Assembly (NCBI RefSeq): GCF_042660085.1
Contig: NZ_JBHSTI010000008.1
Location: 330,001-362,000 of the forward strand
Reading direction: 5' to 3'
Length of the DNA: 32,000 bases
Origin: Longivirga aurantiaca
Lineage (GTDB): Bacteria; Actinomycetota; Actinomycetes; S36-B12; CAIYMF01
Shown: positions 7,553 to 17,080 of the stretch, one piece after another
How the letters are laid out: every line of letters starts with the position of its first letter
Position numbering within the stretch: position 1 is the stretch's first letter
Notes under the pieces: model-generated
The model's database searches: none
Seen by the model: the letters and a program-made list of their open reading frames with translations, nothing else
What the model was told of the DNA's origin: nothing
Program-made: the position numbers and the translations under genes

Positions 7553-9661
7553 ATGACGACGTCGTACGTCGGCGCGAGCGAGCAGACCGCGCCCGTCGTC
7601 GACAGTGCTGCCGGAGCGGAAGCCGGCAGCCCTGTCGACGCCGGGCCGGTTCGCCCGAATGCGCCGGCACCGTTCATCGCCATGCTCGACCGGGCGTCCG
7701 GTCTGCCGTTCCGCTGGGTGGTGCCGGTCGTCGTCGTGGTCTCGCTGCTGCTGCTGAGCGTGGCGAGCGTGCTGGGCGTCCGCTCGGTGTCCGCTGCCGA
7801 GGAGGAGGGCTCGCGCCAGTCGGTGACGCTGTCCTCGTCGGCCCGCGAGGCGGCGGCCCGCATCTCCCGCGAGGTCGACGTGGTGCGCCTGTCCGGCCTG
7901 CTCGCCGGCCGCGACCCCGTGCTCGCGGACGTCGCCTCGACCGGTCGGGCGACCGCGGCGCAGGTGGGGGCTGCCCGCCGTCCGCTGCAGACGCTCGCCG
8001 AGATCCGCTCGGGCCTCGTGGCCATCGCCCGGCTGCGCGCCGCCGACGGGCGCGAGGTGCTGCGCGTCGCCGACGGCAGCGTGACCACCACGGGCCTGTC
8101 GTCCGGTGCCCGCGGTGCCACCTGGGTTCGCGACGCCCTCGCCGCCGGGTCAGGCGTACCGGTGACGTCGGGCACCCATCCGTCGGTCACCCTCGGCGAG
8201 GACGCCGTCAGCACCGCTGTCGCCGTCGGTCCTGCGGGTGCTCCCGTAGGCGTGCTCGAGATCGACACCCCCGTGAGCTGGCTGCGTGCGGCCGCGCTCG
8301 AGGGCATGCCGTCGTCCGCGACGGTGGAGTTCCTGACGCCCGCCGAGGCCGAGATGCGCCTCGGCCTCGCGACGGCCGCCGGCAGCGGCGTGGTCGGCGA
8401 CGACGGTCGTACGACTGCGTGGGCGCGCACGGCGTACGACGCGTCCTTCGGCGACTCGATCGGGCTCGACTGGGTGGTCACGGTGACCGAGCCCGTCGTG
8501 CCGACCGGCGCTGCTGCGATCGGGCAGCTGCCGCTGCTGCTCGGCGTCCTCGGCCTCGTGCTGCTGGTCGTCGGAGTCCTGCTCGCCCTGCTGTGGTGGT
8601 TCGTCGTGCGGCGCCGACGGCTGCTCGCCGAGCACCGGGCGCTGCGGCTGCAGCGCCGTCTCGGGGAGATGTCGGACGCGCTCGCGCTCGTCGCCGAGGG
8701 CCATCTCGCGACCGAGCTCCCGCACTTCGAGCAGGACGACCTCCGCGAGATGGCGTCGTCGTTCGAGTCGACCATCGGCACGTTGCGCGCGCTCGTCGGG
8801 CAGGCGCAGGAGTACGGCGCTGCCCTCGCGCAGGCCAGCGTCGAGCTCACCGCAGGGGCGGTGCAGCAGGCGACGGCGGCCGCGCAGCAGACCACCGTGG
8901 TCGCGGAGACGACCGCGACGATCGAGGAGCTCGCCGCCACCGCCGCCCAGATCGCTCTGACGGCAGAAGGGGTTGCGCGCGCGGCCAACGACACGCTGCG
9001 GCTCACCGAGGACGGCAGGGTCGCGGTGATGACCTCGGTCGAGGTGATGCACGGGGTGGCGTCGCGCGTCGACGTGATCGAGCAGCGGGCCCTCGCCCTC
9101 GGTGAGACCGGCCGTGAGATCGGGCGCATCGTCGAGGTCATCGACGACCTGTCCGAGCGCACCAACATGCTCGCCCTCAACGCGGCGATCGAGGCAGCGC
9201 GGGCCGGGGAGCACGGCGCCGGCTTCGCCGTCGTCGCCAGCGAGGTGCGTCGGCTCGCCGAGCGCGCCCGCACCTCGACCACGCAGATCCAGGGCCTCGT
9301 CGAGCGCATCGCCGCCGACGCCGCCGCCACCGTGCTCGCCGCCGGCGAGGGCCAGCGCGAGGTCGCGCATGCCAACGGTGTCGCGCACGACGCCGCGGAG
9401 GCGCTCGACCGCATCGCGTCGATGGTCGACGAGACCACCACCGCGAGCCGCGAGATCTCGATCGCCACCCAGCAGCAGCGGTCGGCGTCCGACCAGGTCG
9501 TCCTCGCGATGGGTCAGGTAGCCGACGCGTCCCGTCAGTACGCCGTCGGCTCGAAGCAGTCGGCGCACTCGGCCGAGGAGCTCGCGGCGCTGGCCGAGAG
9601 CCTGCGCGGCACGATCGCCACCTTCGAGACGACCGCTCCGGAGGAGCCCGCCCTCGTCTGA
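7553..9661 (+). CDS. Methyl-accepting chemotaxis protein (two TM helices, ~270-aa extracytoplasmic sensor region, HAMP, MA signalling domain)
   Basis: Signalling hairpin '[51 protein letters not shown]'. TM1 is '[21 protein letters not shown]' and TM2 is '[27 protein letters not shown]'. SD GGGAGGGG precedes ATG 7553. Confidence 0.92.
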   Translation: MTTSYVGASEQTAPVVDSAAGAEAGSPVDAGPVRPNAPAPFIAMLDRASGLPFRWVVPVVVVVSLLLLSVASVLGVRSVSAAEEEGSRQSVTLSSSAREAAARISREVDVVRLSGLLAGRDPVLADVASTGRATAAQVGAARRPLQTLAEIRSGLVAIARLRAADGREVLRVADGSVTTTGLSSGARGATWVRDALAAGSGVPVTSGTHPSVTLGEDAVSTAVAVGPAGAPVGVLEIDTPVSWLRAAALEGMPSSATVEFLTPAEAEMRLGLATAAGSGVVGDDGRTTAWARTAYDASFGDSIGLDWVVTVTEPVVPTGAAAIGQLPLLLGVLGLVLLVVGVLLALLWWFVVRRRRLLAEHRALRLQRRLGEMSDALALVAEGHLATELPHFEQDDLREMASSFESTIGTLRALVGQAQEYGAALAQASVELTAGAVQQATAAAQQTTVVAETTATIEELAATAAQIALTAEGVARAANDTLRLTEDGRVAVMTSVEVMHGVASRVDVIEQRALALGETGREIGRIVEVIDDLSERTNMLALNAAIEAARAGEHGAGFAVVASEVRRLAERARTSTTQIQGLVERIAADAAATVLAAGEGQREVAHANGVAHDAAEALDRIASMVDETTTASREISIATQQQRSASDQVVLAMGQVADASRQYAVGSKQSAHSAEELAALAESLRGTIATFETTAPEEPALV

Positions 9662-9716
9662 CCCACCGAGGTGACAGAACCGCAGCAGGCCTTGCGGCGC
9701 ATCGGTAGGTGAGGCG

Positions 9717-10004
9717 TCAGACGTCGACGTGCAGCGCGATCGTCACGACGTCGTCGACGTCGAGGCCCTCGGCGTCGCGCACCTTGTCCTTCAGAGGGAT
9801 GAGGTAGCGGCCGTCCTTCGGGAAGAGCGACGTCGTCCACCCGGTGCCGCCGATCGTGGCGGTCACCGGGATCATCCCCCAGCCGTACGTGACCGCGGCC
9901 GAGGCCGCCTTGAGCGCCGCGGACTCCTCGTCGGGCACGGTGACGAAGTGGTACGGCGACGGCCCGCGCCAGGAGAAGACCGCCCCCTCCACGACCAGAT
10001 CCAC
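9717..10004 (-). CDS. DUF1905 domain-containing protein
   Basis: 95 aa. 'YGWGMIPVTATIGGTGWTTSLFPKDGRYLIPLKDKVRDAEGL' matches the DUF1905 pattern as I remember it. Confidence 0.7.
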   Translation of the reverse strand: MDLVVEGAVFSWRGPSPYHFVTVPDEESAALKAASAAVTYGWGMIPVTATIGGTGWTTSLFPKDGRYLIPLKDKVRDAEGLDVDDVVTIALHVDV

Positions 10005-10075
10005 CGTCGAAGGATAGGGAGCGACGGCGTCGTGCGGGGCGGTCTGGACGCGGTGGACGCCGTAGGCTCCTCGGC

Positions 10076-11254
10076 ATGAACGAGCACCCCGCCTGGACCC
10101 ACCTCGAGACCGTCGCGCTGCACGCCGGGCAGGAGCCCGACGCGCTCACCGGCGCGGTCGTGCCCCCGATCTACCAGGTGTCGACGTACGCCCAGGACGG
10201 CGTCGGCGGCCTGCGCGGGGGCTACGAGTACTCGCGCTCGGGCAACCCGACGCGAGACGCGCTGCAGGCGTGCCTCGCCGCGCTCGAGGACCCGGTCGGC
10301 GCGGCCGCCGGCACGACGCTCGGCATGGCCTTCGCGTCCGGCCTCGCCGCCGAGGACACGCTGCTGCGCACGGTGTGCGCCCCCGGCGACCACGTGGTGA
10401 TCCCGGACGACGCGTACGGCGGCACGTTCCGGCTGTTCGCCAAGGTGCTCGGCCGCTGGGGTCTCGACTACACGCCCGCCCGTCTGACCGACGTCGAGGC
10501 CGTGGCCGCCGCGGTCGTCCCCGGCCGCACCAAGGTCGTCTGGGTCGAGACGCCGACCAACCCGCTGCTGCGCGTCGCCGACATCGCGGCGCTCGCCGAC
10601 GTCGCGCATGCGGCCGGCGCGATCCTCGTCGTCGACAACACCTTCGCCTCGCCGTACCTGCAGCAGCCGCTGCTGCTCGGGGCCGACGTCGTCGTGCACT
10701 CGACCACGAAGTACCTCGGCGGCCACAGCGACGTGATCGGCGGCGCGCTCGTGGCGCGCGACCCCGAGCTCGCGGCGCAGCTGGCCTACCACCAGAACGC
10801 GATGGGCGCGGTGGCCGGGCCCTTCGACTCGTGGCTGGTGCTGCGCGGCGCCAAGACCCTCGCCGTCCGCATGGACCGCCACTGCGCCAACGCCAGGTCC
10901 GTGGTCGACGTGCTGCGCGAGCACCCGAAGGTGGTCGAGGTGCTCTACCCGGGCCTCGAGGGGCACGACGGCCACCACGTGGCGGTCAAGCAGATGCGCG
11001 ACTTCGGCGGCATGGTGAGCTTCCGCGTCGCCGGCGGCGAGGCCGCCGCCGTCGAGGTCTGCAACCGCGCCCGGCTGTTCACGCTGGGCGAGTCGCTCGG
11101 CGGCGTCGAGTCCCTCATCGAGCACCCGGGTCGCATGACGCACGCGTCGGCCGCCGGATCGCCGCTCGAGGTGCCCGCCGACCTCGTGCGCATCTCGGTC
11201 GGCCTCGAGCACGTCGACGACCTCGTCGGCGACCTGGTGCAGGCGCTGGGATGA
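10076..11254 (+). CDS. metB: Cystathionine gamma-synthase / Cys-Met metabolism PLP-dependent enzyme
   Basis: 'YSRSGNPTRDALQACLAALE' and the PLP-lysine motif 'STTKYLGGHSDVIGGAL'; 392 aa. The synthase versus lyase assignment cannot be settled from sequence alone. Confidence 0.85.
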   Translation: MNEHPAWTHLETVALHAGQEPDALTGAVVPPIYQVSTYAQDGVGGLRGGYEYSRSGNPTRDALQACLAALEDPVGAAAGTTLGMAFASGLAAEDTLLRTVCAPGDHVVIPDDAYGGTFRLFAKVLGRWGLDYTPARLTDVEAVAAAVVPGRTKVVWVETPTNPLLRVADIAALADVAHAAGAILVVDNTFASPYLQQPLLLGADVVVHSTTKYLGGHSDVIGGALVARDPELAAQLAYHQNAMGAVAGPFDSWLVLRGAKTLAVRMDRHCANARSVVDVLREHPKVVEVLYPGLEGHDGHHVAVKQMRDFGGMVSFRVAGGEAAAVEVCNRARLFTLGESLGGVESLIEHPGRMTHASAAGSPLEVPADLVRISVGLEHVDDLVGDLVQALG

Positions 11255-11261
11255 TCCGGGC

Positions 11262-12629
11262 GTGACCCTGGCGTACGTCGCCTGCGTCGACACCGGGTCG
11301 ACCTTCACCAAGGCCGCGGCTGTGGCGGTCGGCGGTGCCGATGCGGGTCGGCTGCTCGCGACGGCGTCGGTGCCGACGACGGTCGGTGCCGGGCAGGACG
11401 TGCTCACCGGGCTCGACGCTGCGGTCGCGTCGCTGGTGCGCGACGTCGGCGCCGAGCCGATCGAGGTGCGCGCCTGCTCGTCCGCCGGCGGCGGCCTGCG
11501 CCTCGCCGTCGTCGGGCACGAGCGCGTGGTGACGGCGGAAGCCGGTGCGCGCGTCGGGCTCTCGGCCGGTGCCAAGGTCGTCCACGTGTCGAGCGGGCGG
11601 CTCGACCGGGCCGCGCTCGACGCGCTGAAGGCAGACCGGCCCGACGTCGTCCTCCTCGTCGGTGGCACCGACGGCGGCGACGCCGAGGTGCTGCTGCACA
11701 ACGCCGCGCGCCTGGCGACGTCCGGCCCGCGCGTGCCGTACGTGGTGGCCGGCAACGTCGATGCGCGCGACGAGGTCGTGGCGCTGCTCGTGGCCCGCAG
11801 GCGCACGGTGGTGGCGTGCGCGAACGTGCTGCCGCGCATAGGAGTCCTCGACGCACTGCCTGCGCGGGCTGCGATCAGGGAGGTGTTCGTGCACCACGTG
11901 ATCGGCGGGAAGGGATTCACGAAGGGCCCGCGGTTCGCGCGGCTCGTCCGTGGCGCCACGCCCGACCTCGTGCTCGCCGGTGTCGAGCTGCTCGCCGACT
12001 CCGGAGTGGGCGACGTGCTGCTCGTCGACGTCGGCGGCGCCACGACCGACGTCTACTCGGCGCTGACACCCGACGCCGAGGAGGCATCGCTGCACCGTGA
12101 GGTGGTCGAGGTGATGTGGCGCGGCCGCACGGTGGAGGGCGACCTCGGGATGCGCTGGAGCGCAACGGGTGTGGTTGATGCCGCCCTCGCGGAGAAGCTC
12201 CTGCCGCCGGGCGCGGACGCCGACCGGCTGCGCGCCGCGGCCGCGCTGCGCCACGACGACCCGGCGTGGCTGCCGTCGTCCGCCACGGACCGTGCCGACG
12301 AGGCGCTCATCGCGCGGCTCGCGCTCACGGTGGCGCTGCGCCGGCACGCGCGGCCGGCGTCCACCGTCGAGGGCCGCACCCCCGGCCGCGACCTCTCGCA
12401 CGTCTCGCTCGTCGTCGCCAGCGGCGGCGTCTTCCGCCACGCCGACCAGGCCGCGCTCGCCGACGTCCTCGCCCCGGTGACCACCGACCACGCGGGCGGG
12501 TGGCGGGTGCCGTCGTCGCCGCGCGTGACCGTCGATCGGCGCTACGTGGTCGCCGCCGCAGGGCTCCTCGCCGACGATCACCCGGATGCCGCAGCGGTTC
12601 TCCTGCGCGAGGCCCTCGTCGTCGTCTGA
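11262..12629 (+). CDS. GlmL/MutL-like ASKHA-fold ATPase (glutamate mutase L family), orphan
   Basis: N-terminal phosphate-1 motif 'CVDTGSTFTKAAAV', later 'LLVGGTDGGD' and 'VDVGGATTDVYS'. It starts 7 nt after the metB stop. No glmS/glmE-like genes are in the window. Confidence 0.7.
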   Translation: MTLAYVACVDTGSTFTKAAAVAVGGADAGRLLATASVPTTVGAGQDVLTGLDAAVASLVRDVGAEPIEVRACSSAGGGLRLAVVGHERVVTAEAGARVGLSAGAKVVHVSSGRLDRAALDALKADRPDVVLLVGGTDGGDAEVLLHNAARLATSGPRVPYVVAGNVDARDEVVALLVARRRTVVACANVLPRIGVLDALPARAAIREVFVHHVIGGKGFTKGPRFARLVRGATPDLVLAGVELLADSGVGDVLLVDVGGATTDVYSALTPDAEEASLHREVVEVMWRGRTVEGDLGMRWSATGVVDAALAEKLLPPGADADRLRAAAALRHDDPAWLPSSATDRADEALIARLALTVALRRHARPASTVEGRTPGRDLSHVSLVVASGGVFRHADQAALADVLAPVTTDHAGGWRVPSSPRVTVDRRYVVAAAGLLADDHPDAAAVLLREALVVV

Positions 12630-12735
12630 GCGCAGGGATCTCGGCCCCGCGGAGCCGTACTCCACCGACGCGGCCCGCACGTGGTGGAGGATGGGGGTGG
12701 GTCCACAGGCGAGGGCCACCGAGGAGGGGTTCGCG

Positions 12736-13575
12736 ATGTCGCAGGAATGGTCGCTCACGCAGGGCGCGCAGCCGGTCAAGCGCAAGGGCAAGGCCGCGAT
12801 CATCACGGGCATCGTGCTTATCGTGCTGGCGCTCGTGGCGGGCATCGCGGGCATCGCCGGGATCGCGAGCGGCGTGGGCAGCATCGCCAGCGAGAGCACG
12901 GAGCCGTTCGCCGCGCCGAACACCATCACCGTCTCGCTCGAGAGCGGCAAGACGTACGTCGTGTACGAGCTCGAGGCCGCCGCCGGCCAGGGGTCGATGC
13001 AGATCTCCGACATCACCGTCACCGATCCGTCGGGAGCGACGGTGCCCGTGACGGGCATGGGGTCGTTCGGTCAGGGGTTCAACGAGGGCGCGGATTCGTT
13101 CGTCGCCGTCGGGGAGTTCGTCACCTCGACCACGGGCACCTACACGATCGACGTCACCACCGAGGGCACCACGTTCATGGTCGGCCCGAGCCTCGGCTCG
13201 TTCATCGGCCTCGGCCTGTCGGGCCTCGCGATCGTGCTCGCTGCGCTGCTCGGCATCGCCGGCGTGATCGTGCTCATCATCGGGCTCGTGCGCCGCGCAT
13301 CGTCCAAGCCCGCGGCGGTCGGCACCGGCTACCCGGCCGGTGCGGTCACCGCGCAGCCGTACGTCGCCCCCGCGCAGGCGCCCCAGCCGCAGATCTTCGA
13401 GCAGCCTGCCTCCGAGCAGGCGCCGGTGCAGCCGTTCGTGACGCCCGCCCCCGCCGCGCCGGTGGCGCCCGCGCCGGCTGCGGCGCTGCCGCCGGCCGGC
13501 TGGTACCCGGACCCGGGTCGCCCCGGCGGCCAGCGCTACTGGGACGGCCAGCAGTGGACCGAGCACCAGGCCTGA
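12736..13575 (+). CDS. Membrane protein with C-terminal DUF2510 domain
   Basis: SD GAGGAGG 8 nt before ATG 12736. Two TM helices flank a ~150-aa beta-rich region, followed by a Pro/Ala-rich linker and 'GWYPDPGRPGGQRYWDGQQWTEH' (DUF2510 signature). Confidence 0.75.
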   Translation: MSQEWSLTQGAQPVKRKGKAAIITGIVLIVLALVAGIAGIAGIASGVGSIASESTEPFAAPNTITVSLESGKTYVVYELEAAAGQGSMQISDITVTDPSGATVPVTGMGSFGQGFNEGADSFVAVGEFVTSTTGTYTIDVTTEGTTFMVGPSLGSFIGLGLSGLAIVLAALLGIAGVIVLIIGLVRRASSKPAAVGTGYPAGAVTAQPYVAPAQAPQPQIFEQPASEQAPVQPFVTPAPAAPVAPAPAAALPPAGWYPDPGRPGGQRYWDGQQWTEHQA

Positions 13576-13650
13576 GGCTCTCGAGTTACTGCCCGACGTG
13601 GGGTGATGGAGGCCGCCAACACCCCGCATCGGGCAGTAACTCGCCTCAGG
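13571..13650 (+). terminator. 80-nt extended hairpin (~30 paired positions) engulfing the stop codon of the DUF2510 gene
   Basis: Arms 13571-13605 and 13620-13650 pair as 7 bp, a 4-nt bulge, 15 bp, one C/A mismatch, then 2 + 6 bp including a U-G wobble that exists only in the plus-strand RNA. The loop is 14 nt. Confidence 0.55.
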
Positions 13651-13697
13651 TAAGGGGCAGGTCGACGCGGACGGCGCGGGCGTAGTTGGATCGTCGG

Positions 13698-15071
13698 ATG
13701 ACCACCGACGCATCTGCCGCACCGTCCCTGCGCACCTGGACGGCGACCACGGTCGCCGACGACGTGCGCGCCGGTCGACTCACGGCGCTCGACGCCACCC
13801 GTGAGGCGTTGCGGCGCATCGAGACGCGCGACGGCTCGCTCGGCGCGTTCCAGGTGGTACGCCGCGACGCCGCGGTCCGCGAGGCCGCGGCGCTCGACAC
13901 CGCGGGCACGGCCGGTCTGCCGCTGGCCGGCGTACCGGTGGCGATCAAGGACAACATCCCGGTCGAGGGCGAGCCGATGCGCGTGGGCTCGGCCGCGACC
14001 GAGGGCTACCCGCAGACGGCGTCGCACGAGGTCGTGCGCCGCATCCGCGAGGCCGGCGGCGTGGTCGTCGGCCTCACGCGCGTTCCCGAGCTGTGCGTCT
14101 TCGGCGCGACCGACTCGGTGTACGGCGTCACCCGCAACCCGTGGGACCCCGAGCGCACGCCGGGCGGGTCGTCGGGCGGCTCGGCCGCGGCGGTTGCGTC
14201 CGGGCAGGTGCCGGTGGCACACGGGAACGACGGCATGGGCTCGGTGCGGATCCCGGCTGCGTGCACGGGCATCGTCGGCATCAAGCCCGGGGGCGGCGTC
14301 GTGCCGTGCGACCTCGGTGAGACCGACTGGTACGGCCTGTCGGAGAACGGCGCGCTCGGCACCACGGTGGCCGACACCGCGCTGCTGCTGTCGGTGCTGG
14401 CGGGCGACCCCTCGCTCGCGGTGCTCGGCGACGTGCCGACCCTGCGCATCGCGGTCTCGACCAGGCCGCCGGTGCAGGGCGTGAAGGTCGACCGCGAGCA
14501 CGTGCGCGCCCTGTTCGCCACCGCCGCGGCGCTCATGCGCGACGGGCACGACGTCGAGCGGCACGACCCGACGTACCCCAACTCCGCGGCGGTCGCCGGG
14601 CTCGCACGGTGGTTCGCCGGCACGTGGGCCGACGCCGAGAAGCTCGACCCGGCTCTGCTCGAGCCCCGCGTCCGCTCGCACGCCGCGCTCGGCAAGCAGG
14701 TCGTCGAGCGCGGGATGCTCGCCGAGGAGCCGCGCGATGCATGGAAGCAGAAGGCCGGTGAGCTGCTCTCGACGTACGACGTTCTCATGACACCGGTGCT
14801 CGCGCAGCCGCCGCTGGAGGCCAAGCGCTGGAGCGAGACGAACTGGGCGACGACGATGGCGGCCAACGTGCGCTACGCGCCGTTCTCCGCGCCGTGGAAC
14901 GTCGCATCGTTCCCGGCGATGTCGGTGCCCGCGGGCGTCCACCCGACGGCCGGCACGCCGATGTCGGTGCAGCTCGTCGCGGCACCCGGCAAGGAGCACC
15001 TGCTGCTCGACCTCGCCGCCCGCATCGAGACCCTGCGCCCCTGGCAGCGCACCGCCCCCGGCTACCTCTAG
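13698..15071 (+). CDS. Amidase (amidase-signature family)
   Basis: 'GVPVAIKDNI' (catalytic Lys) and 'GGSSGGSAAAVASG' (AS signature). Start is ATG 13698; the track's 13686 is a TTG. Confidence 0.88.
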   Translation: MTTDASAAPSLRTWTATTVADDVRAGRLTALDATREALRRIETRDGSLGAFQVVRRDAAVREAAALDTAGTAGLPLAGVPVAIKDNIPVEGEPMRVGSAATEGYPQTASHEVVRRIREAGGVVVGLTRVPELCVFGATDSVYGVTRNPWDPERTPGGSSGGSAAAVASGQVPVAHGNDGMGSVRIPAACTGIVGIKPGGGVVPCDLGETDWYGLSENGALGTTVADTALLLSVLAGDPSLAVLGDVPTLRIAVSTRPPVQGVKVDREHVRALFATAAALMRDGHDVERHDPTYPNSAAVAGLARWFAGTWADAEKLDPALLEPRVRSHAALGKQVVERGMLAEEPRDAWKQKAGELLSTYDVLMTPVLAQPPLEAKRWSETNWATTMAANVRYAPFSAPWNVASFPAMSVPAGVHPTAGTPMSVQLVAAPGKEHLLLDLAARIETLRPWQRTAPGYL

Positions 15072-15143
15072 ATCCCTGCCGCTCTTTCCGGAAGGGTGCC
15101 CCCACGGACCTCAGAGGCCCGCATGCTTCCCCAACGATCGGAC

Positions 15144-15701
15144 TCAGAGAGCTGTGGCGGCTGTTGCCGCACCCTCCGCTGACGCGACGACGGACGCCAC
15201 CGACTTCCGGGCCCCGCCCGAGATGTTCCACCGTGCCATGCGGGCGATCGACGCGGGCGACGGCGGGAGGTGACCGAGCTGCGTCATCATCCCGAGGTCG
15301 TCGCGCACGGCGCTGTGCTCGGCGTGCAGGCCGTCGCGAAGGCGGAACACGTGAGCCTGGCGTACGGCGAACTCGCGGCCCGTGGCCGGGAACGACACCG
15401 GAGCACCGCCCGGGGGGAAGACGACGAAGGGCCCGGTCTGCCGGCCGCGCATCCAGACGTGGGCGAACGTCGCGTGCTCGTCGCTGCTTCCTTCGATGAG
15501 ATCGAAGGAGAGGTCGCTGAAGGCCGAGCGCAGCCACGCGCTCGTGGCCATGAACCCGGGTACGCCGTGCTGAGCCGCTGCCGGGGGCTCGTCCACTGCC
15601 ATGTGGTTGAGGTGGTCGGGGTGCAGGCAGGCGCGTGCTGCCTCGACGTCGCCGTCCGCCATCGCACGGAGATGCGTCATCGCCAGGTCGAGGGAATCCA
15701 C
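15144..15701 (-). CDS. SnoaL-like / ester cyclase (NTF2-fold) protein
   Basis: 'HPDHLNH...FSDLSFDLIEGSSDEH..FAHVWMRGRQTGPF...PATGREFAVRQAHVFRLRDGLHAEH' fits the SnoaL polyketide-cyclase-like pattern. AAGGAG lies 5 nt upstream of GTG 15701. Confidence 0.65.
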   Translation of the reverse strand: MDSLDLAMTHLRAMADGDVEAARACLHPDHLNHMAVDEPPAAAQHGVPGFMATSAWLRSAFSDLSFDLIEGSSDEHATFAHVWMRGRQTGPFVVFPPGGAPVSFPATGREFAVRQAHVFRLRDGLHAEHSAVRDDLGMMTQLGHLPPSPASIARMARWNISGGARKSVASVVASAEGAATAATAL

Positions 15702-15818
15702 AAGTGCTCCTTGCCCGCCGGGCGCCCCACGAACGAGGAGGCATCCGCGCCCCGAGCTCCGTCGCACCAGGGTGAGGGCTCCCGGCGATCCGCGCAGCCG
15801 TATGGCATTGTCCGTCGA

Positions 15819-16496
15819 CTACGCGAGCGACCAGTCGACCGGGTCCGAGCCCTGCTCGGCGAGCAGGGCGTTGGCGCGGCTGAACGGGCGTGATCCGAAG
15901 AAACCGCCGCGCGCCGAGAGCGGCGACGGGTGCACGCTGGCAACGATCGGCGTCGACCCGAGCATCGGCGCGAGGTTCTGCGCGTCACGGCCCCAGAGGA
16001 TCGCGACGAGCGGCTGCGGCCGCTCGACCAGGGCCCGGATCGCCTGAGCCGTCACGGCTTCCCAGCCCTTGCCGCGGTGCGAGCCGGGCTTGCCCGGCGA
16101 CACCGTGAGCACCCGGTTGAGCAGCAGCACGCCGTGGTCGGCCCAGGGCGAGAGGTCGCCGGACGCCGGCCGCGCGACGCCGAGATCGTCGACGAGCTCG
16201 GTGTAGATGTTCTGCAGGCTGCGCGGCACCGGCCGCACCTCCGGGTCGACCGAGAAGGACAGCCCGACGGCGTGGCCCGGCGTCGGGTACGGGTCCTGGC
16301 CGACGATCAGCACGCGTACGGCGTCCAGCGGCCGGGTGAAGGCGCGCAGCACGTTCTCGCCGGCCGGGAAGTAGCCGCGCCCGGCGGCGACCTCCGCGCG
16401 CAGGAACTCGCCCATCCGCGCGATGTCGTCGGCCACCGGCTCGAGGGCGACGGCCCAGCCCGGGTCGACGAGCTCGGTCAGCGGTCGCGCGGTCAC
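15819..16496 (-). CDS. ung: Uracil-DNA glycosylase (family 1)
   Basis: '[21 protein letters not shown]' (water-activating loop) and 'VHPSPLSA' (Leu-intercalation loop); 225 aa. Confidence 0.93.
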   Translation of the reverse strand: MTARPLTELVDPGWAVALEPVADDIARMGEFLRAEVAAGRGYFPAGENVLRAFTRPLDAVRVLIVGQDPYPTPGHAVGLSFSVDPEVRPVPRSLQNIYTELVDDLGVARPASGDLSPWADHGVLLLNRVLTVSPGKPGSHRGKGWEAVTAQAIRALVERPQPLVAILWGRDAQNLAPMLGSTPIVASVHPSPLSARGGFFGSRPFSRANALLAEQGSDPVDWSLA

Positions 16497-16530
16497 AGCG
16501 CAATCCTGCCCGACTCCAGGGAGATCAGTC

Positions 16531-17055
16531 TCAGCCGATCGGGTCTTCGGGGAGGGCGAGGTTCTTGTTGCTGTACCGGTCGTCGCCCGTCACCTCGGCG
16601 GTGATCGTGAGCCATGGCGGGAAGTCGATCGCGGCGCCCATGTCGTCGGTGCCGGGCAGCTCGACCTCCAGCAGCCACAGCGTGCGCGGCGACTCGAGGT
16701 GGTCGACCTCGATCGTGCGCCCGGCGTACGGCACGACCCAGCGCGTCTTCACGACCGGGTGCCGTGCGGGATCGCCGCGCCGCAGGAGATCGTCGTACTC
16801 CGCCTCGGTGAGCTCGCGCTCGTACTCCTCGACGACGCCGGCGGAGACGCCGACCTTGCGCGTGGTGGTGAGCTGCAGCCGCTCCCCGCCGTCGTCGCGC
16901 ACGAGGCGCCGGCGTACCCGCTCGGCGCTTCCGTCGTCGGTGGCGAGGTAGGTCTGCACGATGTGCGACACGGACGAGGCAGCGGCGTCGAGGGCAGCGA
17001 CGTCCGGGTCGGCGAGCAGGAACTTGCGCTCGATCTCGTACGGGACCTCGGCCAT
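16531..17055 (-). CDS. CYTH domain-containing protein (triphosphate tunnel metalloenzyme)
   Basis: N-terminal 'YEIERKFLL' ExExK motif. The start is taken at ATG 17055 ('[12 protein letters not shown]'); the upstream extension is Ser/Arg-rich. Confidence 0.8.
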   Translation of the reverse strand: MAEVPYEIERKFLLADPDVAALDAAASSVSHIVQTYLATDDGSAERVRRRLVRDDGGERLQLTTTRKVGVSAGVVEEYERELTEAEYDDLLRRGDPARHPVVKTRWVVPYAGRTIEVDHLESPRTLWLLEVELPGTDDMGAAIDFPPWLTITAEVTGDDRYSNKNLALPEDPIG

Positions 17056-17080
17056 GCGGCCATCCTGCCGCAGCCCGGCT

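Noticed and set aside
6718-9105. Very long alternate-frame and antisense ORFs in the track, for example 6718..9105 +, 7438..9468 -, 9872..12043 -, 11115..13058 -, 18685..21210 + and 23122..25116 -.
   Set aside because: Their translations are monotonous Arg/Pro/Ala/Gly strings with no motifs. They overlap genes that have clear motifs and proper G/C-ending codon bias. Stop-free off-frames are expected at this GC content.
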